Part shown: positions 18,789 through 27,935 of the stretch, piece by piece | Layout of the letters: each line of letters opens with the position of its first letter | Numbering within the stretch: the first letter of the stretch is position 1 | IMG/VR virus record: IMGVR_UViG_3300046694_000619 | Reading direction: 5' to 3' (one strand) | Source: a virus | Taxonomy: Duplodnaviria; Caudoviricetes | Length of the DNA stretch: 64,000 nt | Notes under the pieces: model-generated | Databases searched by the model: none | Told to the model about the DNA's origin: nothing | The model's input: the letters and a program-made list of their open reading frames with translations, nothing else | Translations under genes and position numbers: made by a program

Positions 18789-19475
18789 CTAGAAGTCTAG
18801 GACGATGACCTTCAGCGGTTCAATCGTGCGCGGCTCGGGCGGCTGCTTGTCGAGCCACGTCCGGTACGGCCCTTGGGCATAGCCGAACAGCTCGTGTTCG
18901 CGGATGATGGTCCAGGACCACGGACCGATTTTCCCGAGCGTCAAGGCCACCTGTCGCAGCCAGTGGCTGAGTGCGGGACTTGCGTCTATACGCGCCTTGA
19001 GGCTTGCGGTTGCGGCTTCATCACGTCCCATCTTGTTTTCGCCGGCGGGCACGCGACACGCGACGGCACCATATCTTCGCCGGTTGCGGTCCCGTTCGTT
19101 GCAGACTTGGATGTCGCAGCGTTCGGTTTGATGCGCTGTAAAAAACGCCTTCATTTCGAACAGCATCTCGCGGAACTCGACGAGCTCCAGCGACGGATGC
19201 ACCGCGGGTAGCAGCAGGAGCTTTGCCAGGTTCAGCGTGAGCATCGTGCCGCGTTCAACGGGCGTCAACTCGAGGTCAATTTCCGTAATGGCTTTCTTGA
19301 TGGCATCCAGTCGCAGGTTTGCGGTCGGCAGGTCCATGAACATGGCGGCTAGATACTCGCGCGCCTGGTCTTTCGTGCGCACGGGTTCCCGGTCATCTGC
19401 GATAAAGATGATTTTGCCATCTGCGTCGGCCGAGGCGATGAGAGTCAGCAGTGTGTCGGTGTTGGTTCTGAGCAT
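18789..19475 (-). CDS. hypothetical protein
   Basis: GGAGG RBS, CTATAC 36 nt upstream. Confidence 0.7.
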   Translation of the reverse strand: MLRTNTDTLLTLIASADADGKIIFIADDREPVRTKDQAREYLAAMFMDLPTANLRLDAIKKAITEIDLELTPVERGTMLTLNLAKLLLLPAVHPSLELVEFREMLFEMKAFFTAHQTERCDIQVCNERDRNRRRYGAVACRVPAGENKMGRDEAATASLKARIDASPALSHWLRQVALTLGKIGPWSWTIIREHELFGYAQGPYRTWLDKQPPEPRTIEPLKVIVLDF

Positions 19476-19620
19476 GATGTTTCCTCCGTGAATGTTAGAC
19501 TAATCCAATCCGTATAGAAGAAAAACGAGAGCCTCCAAACGCAAGGCGTAGGGAGGCTCAAGGTGTTGGACTGCGTCAGTCTGGACGAACAGTTAGCACG
19601 CGCCGACGGACATCGTCGGC

Positions 19621-19755
19621 CTAGCCAAGAGAGGACACGTCGCCAGGCGCTTCCTCTTTCACCGTTTCGCACCGTTCGCATCGAACGAGGCTGTCGTACC
19701 CGCTGCCGTAGCGTTCCCAGACGTGCTCGCAAAAGAGTCGTTTGAGCCAGTTCAT
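19621..19755 (-). CDS. small Cys/His-rich protein
   Basis: MNWLKRLFCEHVW...CERC; ATGA overlap with the upstream stop. Confidence 0.55.
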   Translation of the reverse strand: MNWLKRLFCEHVWERYGSGYDSLVRCERCETVKEEAPGDVSSLG

Positions 19756-20354
19756 GCGGGCGAAGTCTCCAGCGCACGCTGCGTATAATCGTCCGCGAGG
19801 ACCTGATACCCGGGCGTCGACATCCACTGCTCGAGGAAGCCGAGCGCGCCGGCGGGAACCATTTCCTGCATTTCGGCAAGACGCGCCTCGAGCGGCCGGC
19901 GTTGGTCGAACATCACATTGCGCACGGTCGTGGCATCGAGGTCGTTCGCCCGCGGGACGCTCTCGAGCTGCCAGTCCGGGAAGAAGTTGAGGTAGTAGCT
20001 CGAATCGTCCTTGAAGTGGCCGATAAGCGCGACGCGCCCCGCGCCTGGAACTGCCTGCGCTACAACATCCTGAACCTTCGCGACCCAGCTTTCGTTGTCA
20101 CCGAAGTCCGGCACCGGCGCAAACAGAACGCGGTTCACGGCATCGCCGGCGATACAGCTCGCAATCATGACCATGCGCTGGTCAGCGCACAGCGGATTCT
20201 TGAGGCTGCTTGGCGCGCCGTCCGAGCCGAGCACCATGACGACCCACTTTCCCAGGGCGAGCGCCTGCAGCACGAGCGCGTCGTGGCCATTGTGATAAGG
20301 CTCGAAGCGGCCGATATAAACGACCACGTCATACGGATAGTTTTTCTCTTGCAT
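19752..20354 (-). CDS. NMN adenylyltransferase-like HxGH nucleotidyltransferase (NadM-type domain, no Nudix fusion)
   Basis: YIGRFEPYHNGH, LGS....SLKNP, GHFKDDSSYYL, DATTVR. Confidence 0.85.
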   Translation of the reverse strand: MQEKNYPYDVVVYIGRFEPYHNGHDALVLQALALGKWVVMVLGSDGAPSSLKNPLCADQRMVMIASCIAGDAVNRVLFAPVPDFGDNESWVAKVQDVVAQAVPGAGRVALIGHFKDDSSYYLNFFPDWQLESVPRANDLDATTVRNVMFDQRRPLEARLAEMQEMVPAGALGFLEQWMSTPGYQVLADDYTQRALETSPA

Positions 20355-20355
20355 A

Positions 20356-21006
20356 TCAACCCTGTGCGGCAACGCGCGCGAGCGCCTGCGTGAATCGCGG
20401 CAAGGCGAGCGCCGTGCCGTAGAGGTACGACTGGCCTTTGAAATGCCGCAAGCCGTAGGAGCCGACCTCGAGACCGGCGACGACCAGGTCCGTCTGCGCT
20501 GCGCCGCATTCTTCCCGGTCGATGCGCATCCCGATAGGACCTTCCGCATAGAGCGCCACCGCACGGAACATCATCTCCTGCGCGGCCATCAGCTCATCGA
20601 GGCGCGTCCGCCATCCGGACACATCGGTGCGCTCGAGCGACACATACCACTCAGCCTTCATGAAGCCGTGCTGATGAGTCTCGTCGAGCACCGACTCGTC
20701 ACGAAGGCAGGGCGTCCAGCCGATGAATCCCGGCGCGCCGCCAGCCAAAAGGCCCTGTTCGCGCAACATCAGGAAACTCTGTTCGCCCGAGCCCACGAAT
20801 GAACCGTGCGGGGTGGAGATGTCCCGGCAGAATGCAGGTCGGTGCGCAGCGGCGTACCCACCCGGAACCATCCACGGCAGGTCGACATACATGAAGCCTT
20901 GCGTCTGCCACCACTGGATGGCCAGATGCAGAAGCAGGAGGCTGTTCGGGGGAAAGGGGCCCGTTACGGCGGGCGCACGTGGTTCAGTTCGAAGTACGAC
21001 GGCCAT
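20356..21006 (-). CDS. stand-alone class II aminoacyl-tRNA-synthetase-like catalytic domain
   Basis: Motif 1 QGFMYVDLP, SGEQ, motif 2 PCLRDE...HQHGFMKAEWY, GLEVGSYG, motif 3 GTALALPR. Confidence 0.7.
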   Translation of the reverse strand: MAVVLRTEPRAPAVTGPFPPNSLLLLHLAIQWWQTQGFMYVDLPWMVPGGYAAAHRPAFCRDISTPHGSFVGSGEQSFLMLREQGLLAGGAPGFIGWTPCLRDESVLDETHQHGFMKAEWYVSLERTDVSGWRTRLDELMAAQEMMFRAVALYAEGPIGMRIDREECGAAQTDLVVAGLEVGSYGLRHFKGQSYLYGTALALPRFTQALARVAAQG

Positions 21007-21301
21007 TGACGAATGCTCGCTGGGTGATGTTGGAGAACGTGAGAAGGTCTTGCATCGTCAGGCCGGGCAGGTGGCGCTCCATGAACTTCTGGATGGCGCC
21101 CACCATGTCCGAAAGCTCGACGGCCGCCATCACGCGCGAGCCTTGCTCCATCGCGTCGCGCAACTCGTCGAGTTCTTCCTGAATCTTCGAGAGCTCGCCG
21201 AGCTCTCCCTTGGGGATTGCCACCAGGTGATAGCCGGGCTTCGCCACAGCGACTGCGGGCAGGGGTACGTGTGAGGTCATGGGTTCAATCTCTTCAGTCA
21301 T
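20984..21301 (-). CDS. MazG-like all-alpha NTP pyrophosphohydrolase
   Basis: KIQEELDEL...VELSD EExxE...ExxD metal-binding motif. Confidence 0.7.
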   Translation of the reverse strand: MTEEIEPMTSHVPLPAVAVAKPGYHLVAIPKGELGELSKIQEELDELRDAMEQGSRVMAAVELSDMVGAIQKFMERHLPGLTMQDLLTFSNITQRAFVNGRRTSN

Positions 21302-21740
21302 CGGTTGGCACGTGCGATTCTTCAATGTCCTCGCGACTGCGGTCCTGCTGCCGACGAGCATTTGCGTATTCGTTGAGGTAACAGGCTTCCCGGACCGTGA
21401 GCGGGCGGCAGAGCTTTTGCACTTTGGCGAGGTAGCTGGCGACTTGCTCGTACCTCCGCGCGCCTTCGTCGATGCCACCTGTCCACGGCTGTAGTTCCAT
21501 CAGCGCGAGGTCATAGCGGTGAGTCACCCAGAAGGCACAGGCGAACACAGGGGCGCCCGCGAGTAGCACGAACCAGGGGTAGGTGCTTGCCTCATAGAGG
21601 AAGCCATAGGCAAGGCACAAGCCAACGGTCAGCGTCCAGAAAAACGTCAGCGCAAGCCGCGCCCGACCACGCAATGGAACGCGCTCGGCGTCCAGCTGCT
21701 CTGTTGCCGGCGGCGCGGCGCGAAGGTCGATGGACTTCAT
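21294..21740 (-). CDS. two-TM protein (paralog of 21737..22213)
   Basis: IDLxAxPP...LxAER, VASYL...RxLTxxEA shared with its neighbour. Confidence 0.7.
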   Translation of the reverse strand: MKSIDLRAAPPATEQLDAERVPLRGRARLALTFFWTLTVGLCLAYGFLYEASTYPWFVLLAGAPVFACAFWVTHRYDLALMELQPWTGGIDEGARRYEQVASYLAKVQKLCRPLTVREACYLNEYANARRQQDRSREDIEESHVPTDD

Positions 21741-22213
21741 GCGGCAGGCTTCTCGACGCCTGTACCATGAACCGCCCGCCAGGCCTCGACCGCGCGCTCG
21801 TGGTCGACGAGCTCAATGGTCTTGCGGGCATACCGCCGGATTTCGCCCGCTTCCAGTCGTGTCAGTTCTCGCCCTTGGTGCTGAAGCGCGCCAAGGTAAC
21901 TCGCTACCACCGGCTCCCGCTTCGCTGTCTCGAGCGGCAGACACTGGAGCGGCGTCACCGGAGACAGCAGCTCCCGCTCAAACGAAAACCGCATGAGGAA
22001 TACGGCGACAGCCCCCAACGACAAGGCGAAACCGAACCCGGCAAGGCCGCCGCCCATGAACGAATCTCGCGTGAGCCAGACCACAGGCACCATGCCCACT
22101 ACGAGAGGGATAAGGCGCAGCAGCCACCGGCGCTGAAGCACAGCGATGTGCTGGCGCTCTGCCTCGAGCACGTCCTGTGTAGGTGGCGTCGCAGTCAGGT
22201 CAATCTTCAGCAT
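21737..22213 (-). CDS. two-TM protein (paralog of 21294..21740)
   Basis: Same shared motifs; ATGA coupling. Confidence 0.7.
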   Translation of the reverse strand: MLKIDLTATPPTQDVLEAERQHIAVLQRRWLLRLIPLVVGMVPVVWLTRDSFMGGGLAGFGFALSLGAVAVFLMRFSFERELLSPVTPLQCLPLETAKREPVVASYLGALQHQGRELTRLEAGEIRRYARKTIELVDHERAVEAWRAVHGTGVEKPAA

Positions 22214-22222
22214 GCCGCCCCC

Positions 22223-22747
22223 TTACGCCGGCTCGCGCTTCGCAGGCGCATCTTCACCGAAGAGCGCGTGGTACCGCTCGGGCGTAAACTGGTCGCTGTC
22301 AAAGTACCAGCGCTTGGCCGAGTCAATGCTGACCGGACGTGTGCTCGCGAAGCGCCGGCATCCGGCATCGAGGCAGGGCTTGGCCACATCGAAGATGCCT
22401 TCGGTTTCCGTCTCCAGGTCCGATTCGTAGCTGAACACGAACCAACGGCCGCTTTTGGTGACCGCCAGGCCGGGTTGGCTCATCCACGTGTTGAAGCGGT
22501 CGTGAAGATACGGCTTGCCGACAGCGATGATGGTCGAGTCGGCGCCCCTGAAAACGAGCGTCGGAGCGGGCTTGCCGTTAAAGGGGGGCGGCTCTTCGAA
22601 TTCGAGTTTGCTGAAATCCTTCGGTAGCGCGACATCCATGGCGTGGGTGACGTCAGCTTTCAGCATGTCCTGCGTGGGGCCGCCACATCCCGTGAGGGCC
22701 GCGGCTAGCGCGCCGGCAAGCGCCAGTGTCTTGAGAAATTTTTGCAT
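22223..22747 (-). CDS. lipoprotein
   Basis: Signal peptide with LTGC lipobox. Confidence 0.75.
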   Translation of the reverse strand: MQKFLKTLALAGALAAALTGCGGPTQDMLKADVTHAMDVALPKDFSKLEFEEPPPFNGKPAPTLVFRGADSTIIAVGKPYLHDRFNTWMSQPGLAVTKSGRWFVFSYESDLETETEGIFDVAKPCLDAGCRRFASTRPVSIDSAKRWYFDSDQFTPERYHALFGEDAPAKREPA

Positions 22748-22768
22748 TGAAAACGAATCCCTTTGAAC

Positions 22769-23104
22769 TCAGCTGTGCGCCGGCGTGCGGCTCGCTATCA
22801 CAAGTGCTGCGAGTACTGTGATGAAAATCGCCTTGCGAAGGGCGAAGATGAGTGCGATACCGACGACGAGTGCCATCAGTACATTGCCGTCGGCCAGGAG
22901 CCGGCCATTGGATGTGACTTCGGCTGCCAGCGTCAGATGCGTCCATTGCGCAAGCATCGCGATGCACGCCCAGACGCCAATCAGCGCGACAGTCATCACG
23001 CCGCGATGGAAAGCGGGCGGCGTGATAGCGCCGTTTTGTTGGCCCGCGACGTAAGCAACACGTGCCTCGCGCGCCGGAGAGAAAAAGCGCTTCAGTCTGT
23101 TCAT
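22769..23104 (-). CDS. membrane protein
   Basis: Two to three TM segments; ATGA overlap with the upstream gene. Confidence 0.6.
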   Translation of the reverse strand: MNRLKRFFSPAREARVAYVAGQQNGAITPPAFHRGVMTVALIGVWACIAMLAQWTHLTLAAEVTSNGRLLADGNVLMALVVGIALIFALRKAIFITVLAALVIASRTPAHS

Positions 23105-23604
23105 GCTGGGAGTTCCTCGGTGACCCACGCAAACGGCTGCGGTGTCAGTGTCTTGGGCAAATAAAGCGGATGCCCTGGATGCCCGTCTTTCGTCAGGCGC
23201 AGGTAGCGCATTTCCGGGATGAGCTGCTTCACCCGTGAGTCGCGCTCCATGTGGGTGCCGTGCACACCCCACGCAGCCACGACAAGGCCCGCGCGCCGCG
23301 CGAGTCGCTCAAGCCAGACATCGTTTTCTGGTCCTACCGGGTCATTGGCCGCGAGCATGGCTGCGGGGTCCGTTGAGCGGAAGGCAAAGAGATTGACCAT
23401 GCACACGCCGCTATATCCCCAGGCCTTCGCGAACGCGATGCATCGGCGGATAGTCGGGTCATCGTTATTTTCGTCTGCCGTGCTCGGGTTGAGCCCGATA
23501 AACAGGACGTATCCGCGGTCGACAGCGCCAGCCTGCGCGCCCCATGCGCGCCAGAGCGCGTAACGGTAGAGCCGACAGGGCGAGAAGTGGGCGCTTCGGT
23601 CCAT
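23101..23604 (-). CDS. DUF1643 family protein
   Basis: YRYALWR, FIGLNPSTAD, DDPTIRRC, NLFAFRSTDP, AAWG, GHPGHPLY. Confidence 0.9.
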   Translation of the reverse strand: MDRSAHFSPCRLYRYALWRAWGAQAGAVDRGYVLFIGLNPSTADENNDDPTIRRCIAFAKAWGYSGVCMVNLFAFRSTDPAAMLAANDPVGPENDVWLERLARRAGLVVAAWGVHGTHMERDSRVKQLIPEMRYLRLTKDGHPGHPLYLPKTLTPQPFAWVTEELPA

Positions 23605-23621
23605 GGCAAAGTCTCCAGTTG

Positions 23622-24050
23622 TCAGAGTGCTACGCCGCGCAACTCGTACCACGAGTCTTCCGGGCCGGCCTCATTGCATTCATCCGAGAAGTCATACTCG
23701 ATGCTCACGCCCAGGCCCTGTTCGCGAGCCCAAGCCGTAAATTCGAGCCAGACGTCGTGATTTGCATGCGTTGCTGCGTCGATTCGCTTGCCGTTGTCGT
23801 AGATGCCGAGGAGTTGCTGGATATGCCCCGCGCGGTCCGCGCGCCGCAGCTCAATGGGGATAAACCGGCCCGAATTACGTATCGAGCTTTCAATTCGCAC
23901 CTTGTACGATTCAAAGAGTGCAACCGTCTCATCGCGCCGAGCGGCTCGATGAACTGCGGCTTGCCTCTGCTCGCGCTGAACCCGCGCCGCCGCGGCAGCG
24001 GGTTCAGCCGCGGCGGTTTGCTTGAGGATAGTTCCCAGATTCGTAGTCAT
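23622..24050 (-). CDS. hypothetical protein
   Basis: 142-aa ORF within the operon. Confidence 0.65.
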   Translation of the reverse strand: MTTNLGTILKQTAAAEPAAAAARVQREQRQAAVHRAARRDETVALFESYKVRIESSIRNSGRFIPIELRRADRAGHIQQLLGIYDNGKRIDAATHANHDVWLEFTAWAREQGLGVSIEYDFSDECNEAGPEDSWYELRGVAL

Positions 24051-24091
24051 ATCTGCCCTTTTTTTGAGGTTGAGTGGCCGGTGGTGCGCGC

Positions 24092-25189
24092 TCAGGCGGC
24101 TGCCGGCAGGTCGTAGTTGACTGCGCCTCGGGCGAACCGTTGACGCGAGAACTGGACCACGACTTCCGGGTCATGGGTCGCAAACACGAAACGACCCTCG
24201 TCGATGTTCACTTCCTTGAGCAGGTTGATGTCCAAGGTGTAGGACTCGGGTTCGCTCAGCCCATCTGCGGGAACCTCACCTTCATCGAATCCGTAGAAGG
24301 TCACTTCCATGCCGTTCAGGCTGAGCGGGCTCCGGTTTACCTCGTTGTGGCTCTGGCCATCACACAAAATGGGCGCGCCGTTGCGCAGCCCCTTGATGTT
24401 GTACTGGCCACCTTCGTCGTTCTGCGGACGCATGTTCAGCATCTGCATCGCGTCGGTTGCATTCTCGTTGTAGCGGTTCATTTCCTCGACGAGCGCCTGC
24501 AGCATGTCGAACGTGAACTCGGTGAAGAACGCCGCGACGTTCAAAACGCCGCTCAGGTTCGACTTGTTTTCCAGATTGTCGACGCAGTATTCCTCGACGA
24601 AAGCGCGCGGCAGGCCTGCGAAGTCCAGCGAGTAGAACAGGCGGCCTGGTCGGTTAATCATGTGCTTGTCGATGCGGCTGCGGTCGTTGACCGTCAGCAG
24701 GAACAACTTCTTCGACGGATACAGGCCGTCGAGCAGCGTCAGCAGGTGCGGCTGTTTTTCATGGTCGTACACCTTTTCGAATTCGTCGAAGAGGATGATG
24801 GCCGACTGCGACATGCCGCCGATGAAGGCGTTAAATTCGTCGCCACAGAAGGGTTCATTGACCACCAGTGTCGGGATGTCCAGTTCCTGCCCGAGCTGCG
24901 AGACGCGCTTGGTCAGCATCGTCTTGCCTGCGCCCTTGTGGCCCGAAAGCAGCACGCCAGTGCCCGACGGACGGCAGCCGAACGTGTTCAGGATGCGGTG
25001 CGCACGGCTGTTTACGTCGCCGTAGAGCTTCGCCGGCAGCTTGAAGTCTTCGATGCGCTCCAGATAGAAACCAATCAGCGCGCCATGGCGCACTGCGTAC
25101 GTGCCCGGCGGCAGGACCGGCTCGACGGCGAGCGCTTCAGTGCTGGTCGGAAAGTATTCGTTGCCGTCACGGCGGTAGACACGGGTCAT
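24092..25189 (-). CDS. AAA+ ATPase (phage-type)
   Basis: Walker A GHKGAGKT, Walker B ILFDEFEK, INRPGR arginine finger. Confidence 0.9.
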   Translation of the reverse strand: MTRVYRRDGNEYFPTSTEALAVEPVLPPGTYAVRHGALIGFYLERIEDFKLPAKLYGDVNSRAHRILNTFGCRPSGTGVLLSGHKGAGKTMLTKRVSQLGQELDIPTLVVNEPFCGDEFNAFIGGMSQSAIILFDEFEKVYDHEKQPHLLTLLDGLYPSKKLFLLTVNDRSRIDKHMINRPGRLFYSLDFAGLPRAFVEEYCVDNLENKSNLSGVLNVAAFFTEFTFDMLQALVEEMNRYNENATDAMQMLNMRPQNDEGGQYNIKGLRNGAPILCDGQSHNEVNRSPLSLNGMEVTFYGFDEGEVPADGLSEPESYTLDINLLKEVNIDEGRFVFATHDPEVVVQFSRQRFARGAVNYDLPAAA

Positions 25190-25385
25190 GCGATTCCCTG
25201 TAGCGTTCAAGTGATGATTTGAACTATACTATCAAATGCGTATAAACGCAAGTTACCTCTCAATATCGGTCCGCGTACGGTAGGTGTTTTGAGTGACGCA
25301 TACCGTCAAACGCAAACCTGTCAACCATCGCCTCTATACTGATTTGCAGCAATTTCGCTGTTAATAAATAGAGGAAACATTCATC

Positions 25386-27620
25386 ATGACCAACACTATC
25401 CAAAATACGTCGCTGGGCAAGCAAATGCTGTCCCAATCCAAGTTCTTCATGGGCTATTCCCGCTGGGTCGAAGGCAAAGGCGCCTACGAAACCTGGGCAG
25501 AATCCGTGGAACGTGTGATGTCGATGCACCGCGGCAAGTACGCTGACCGCATGACGCCGGAGCTCGAGGCCTTCATGGCCAAGGCTCAGGCGGCGTACGA
25601 CTCGCAGCTCGTTCTGGGCGCGCAACGCGCGCTGCAGTTCGGCGGAGAGCAGCTGCTGCGCCACGAAGCAAAGATGTACAACTGCTCGGTGTCGCACGCG
25701 GACCGCGCGGCTTTCTTCCAGGAAGCCATGTATCTGCTGTTGTGCGGCTGCGGTGTCGGCTTCTCGGTCCAGGAACGTCACGTTTCGAAGCTCCCGCGCA
25801 TTCAGGCGCGTTCGGCTGACAGCGCGAAGGTGTTCCAGGTGCCCGATAGCATCGAAGGCTGGGCTGACGCGTTCGGCGTGCTGTTGTCCTCGTACTTCGT
25901 GGACGGCGGTACGTTCCCGGAATTCAAGGGCACTCCGGTCCTCTTCGACTTCTCGAAGATTCGTCCGAAGGGCTCGCTGATTTCGGGCGGCTTCAAGGCG
26001 CCGGGCGCGGATGGTCTGCGCAATGCGCTCGTGAAATGCGAAACGCTCATCGAGCGTGCGCTGGCCGAAGGTCGCGACAACATGCGCGCTATCGTGGTCT
26101 ACGACTTCGTGATGCACATGTCGGATGCTGTTCTGTCGGGTGGTGTGCGCCGTTCGGCCACCATCTGCCTGTTCGACAAGTTCGATGACGAGATGCTGAA
26201 GGCGAAGACGGGTAACTGGTTCGTCGACAATCCGCAGCGCGGCCGTAGCAACAACTCGGTGGTGCTGAAGAAAGACGAACTGACCCGCGAAGAATGGGCC
26301 GCCATCATGCGCTCTGTGCGTGATTTCGGCGAACCCGGTTTCATCTTCGTGGACGACTTCGACTTCGCGTACAACCCATGCGTTGAAATCGGCATGCGTC
26401 CGATTTGCGTCGAAACCGGCGAGTCGGGTTTCCAGTTCTGCAATCTGACCGAGGGCAACGGCGCCAAGTGCACAACGAAGGAAATCTTCTTCGCGATGTG
26501 CGAGGCGAGCGCCATTCTCGGTACGCTGCAGGCTGGGTACACCAACTTCAAGTACCTGAGCGACGCCACGCGCCGCATCACGGAACGCGAGGCACTCATC
26601 GGCGTGTCCATCACGGGCTGGATGAACAATCCGCATATCCTGTTCGACGAAGAAATCCTGAAACAAGGGGCCGAAATCGTCAAGCGGGTGAACCGTGAAG
26701 TCGCCAAGCTGATTGGTACCCGTCCGGCCGCTCGTACGACCTGCGCCAAACCTTCGGGCAATGCGTCGGTTCTGCTGCAGACCGAGTCGGGTATCCACGG
26801 CGCGCACTCGGCGTTGTACTTCCGCAACGTGCAGATGAACGTCGAAGATGAAGTGGCCAAGCTGATTCAGGCCCTCAACCCGAAAATGGTTGAGAAGAGC
26901 GTCTGGAGCAGCAACGGCACCGACATCGTCGTGAGCTTCCCGGTCTTCACGAAGGAAGGTTCGATTTGCAAGGCGGACCTGATGGGCGTGAAGCAGCTGG
27001 AATACGTGAAGAAGGCGCAGCAGTTCTGGGTCGAAAACGGCACCAACGTCGAGCTGTGCGTGCATCCGAAGTTGCGCCACAACATCTCGAACACCATTTC
27101 GGTGGACGACTGGGATGAAGTGGAGCAGTACATCTTCGATAACCGCGAATGGTTCGCTGGCATTTCGCTGCTGTCGGCTTTTGGCGACAAGGCGTATGCA
27201 CAGGCTCCGTTCACGGAAGTGCAGACCGCAGAGGACATCCTGCGCCTGTACGGTGATGCCAGCATGTTTGCATCGGGACTGATTGTCGACGGCCTGGCCG
27301 CCTTCAACGGAAACCTGTGGATGGCCTGCGACACGGCAATGGGCAACGGCCAGGTGCTGTCGGACGAAGCAACCGACCTGCTCAAGCGTGACTGGGTTCG
27401 TCGATTCGCAAAGTTCGCGGAAAACTTCTTCGGTGGTGACGAGCTGAAGACGTCCTTCTGTGTGAAGGATTGCTACAACCTGCACAAGTGGGTAAGCATC
27501 CAGAAGACCATGAAGGAAATCGACTTCTCGGAAGCGCTGGCAAAGCGCGACTATGTCGATGTCGATACGCTCGCCTCGCAAGGTTGCGCTGGCGGTGCGT
27601 GCGAAATCAGCTTTGCGTGA
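25386..27620 (+). CDS. nrdJ: ribonucleotide reductase, probably class II (adenosylcobalamin-dependent), phage-like
   Basis: YNC, GCGVGFS, GGVRRSA, NPCVEI, CNLTE, KPSGNAS, C-terminal CAGGAC; no nrdB in the window and no C-terminal YY pair seen. Confidence 0.8.
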   Translation: MTNTIQNTSLGKQMLSQSKFFMGYSRWVEGKGAYETWAESVERVMSMHRGKYADRMTPELEAFMAKAQAAYDSQLVLGAQRALQFGGEQLLRHEAKMYNCSVSHADRAAFFQEAMYLLLCGCGVGFSVQERHVSKLPRIQARSADSAKVFQVPDSIEGWADAFGVLLSSYFVDGGTFPEFKGTPVLFDFSKIRPKGSLISGGFKAPGADGLRNALVKCETLIERALAEGRDNMRAIVVYDFVMHMSDAVLSGGVRRSATICLFDKFDDEMLKAKTGNWFVDNPQRGRSNNSVVLKKDELTREEWAAIMRSVRDFGEPGFIFVDDFDFAYNPCVEIGMRPICVETGESGFQFCNLTEGNGAKCTTKEIFFAMCEASAILGTLQAGYTNFKYLSDATRRITEREALIGVSITGWMNNPHILFDEEILKQGAEIVKRVNREVAKLIGTRPAARTTCAKPSGNASVLLQTESGIHGAHSALYFRNVQMNVEDEVAKLIQALNPKMVEKSVWSSNGTDIVVSFPVFTKEGSICKADLMGVKQLEYVKKAQQFWVENGTNVELCVHPKLRHNISNTISVDDWDEVEQYIFDNREWFAGISLLSAFGDKAYAQAPFTEVQTAEDILRLYGDASMFASGLIVDGLAAFNGNLWMACDTAMGNGQVLSDEATDLLKRDWVRRFAKFAENFFGGDELKTSFCVKDCYNLHKWVSIQKTMKEIDFSEALAKRDYVDVDTLASQGCAGGACEISFA

Positions 27621-27678
27621 TTTCTGAAAGCGTGGGCTCTATCTAGTCCATTCTGACAGGTAAGCAAAACTCCTCAAC

Positions 27679-27712
27679 AAACCCTCCTTGCTTCGGCATT
27701 GGAGGGTTTTTT
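27679..27712 (+). terminator. Rho-independent terminator
   Basis: AAACCCTCC...GGAGGGTTTTTT. Confidence 0.85.
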
Positions 27713-27935
27713 ATTCGCAGAGCGTTTAGGTTGAGGGCGAAGACAGGGCGTCAAAAGCCTCCGCTTCGATTCAGATTGTGCTATCTTTTTCGGAACGGCA
27801 GTCACCCGTGCCCCCACCGGCGAACGTCGCTCAGCGACAGACATCTGCATCAAGCGAGTATTCGTCGTACGCAAATCCGCTTCGGGCGGTTTTTTCTTTG
27901 CGTATGGACGGTGGGACGTGCGCATGGAGAAGACA

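Noticed and set aside
25260-27581. 773-aa minus-strand ORF
   Set aside because: Antisense shadow of the RNR gene, expected from high-GC codon bias; no motifs.
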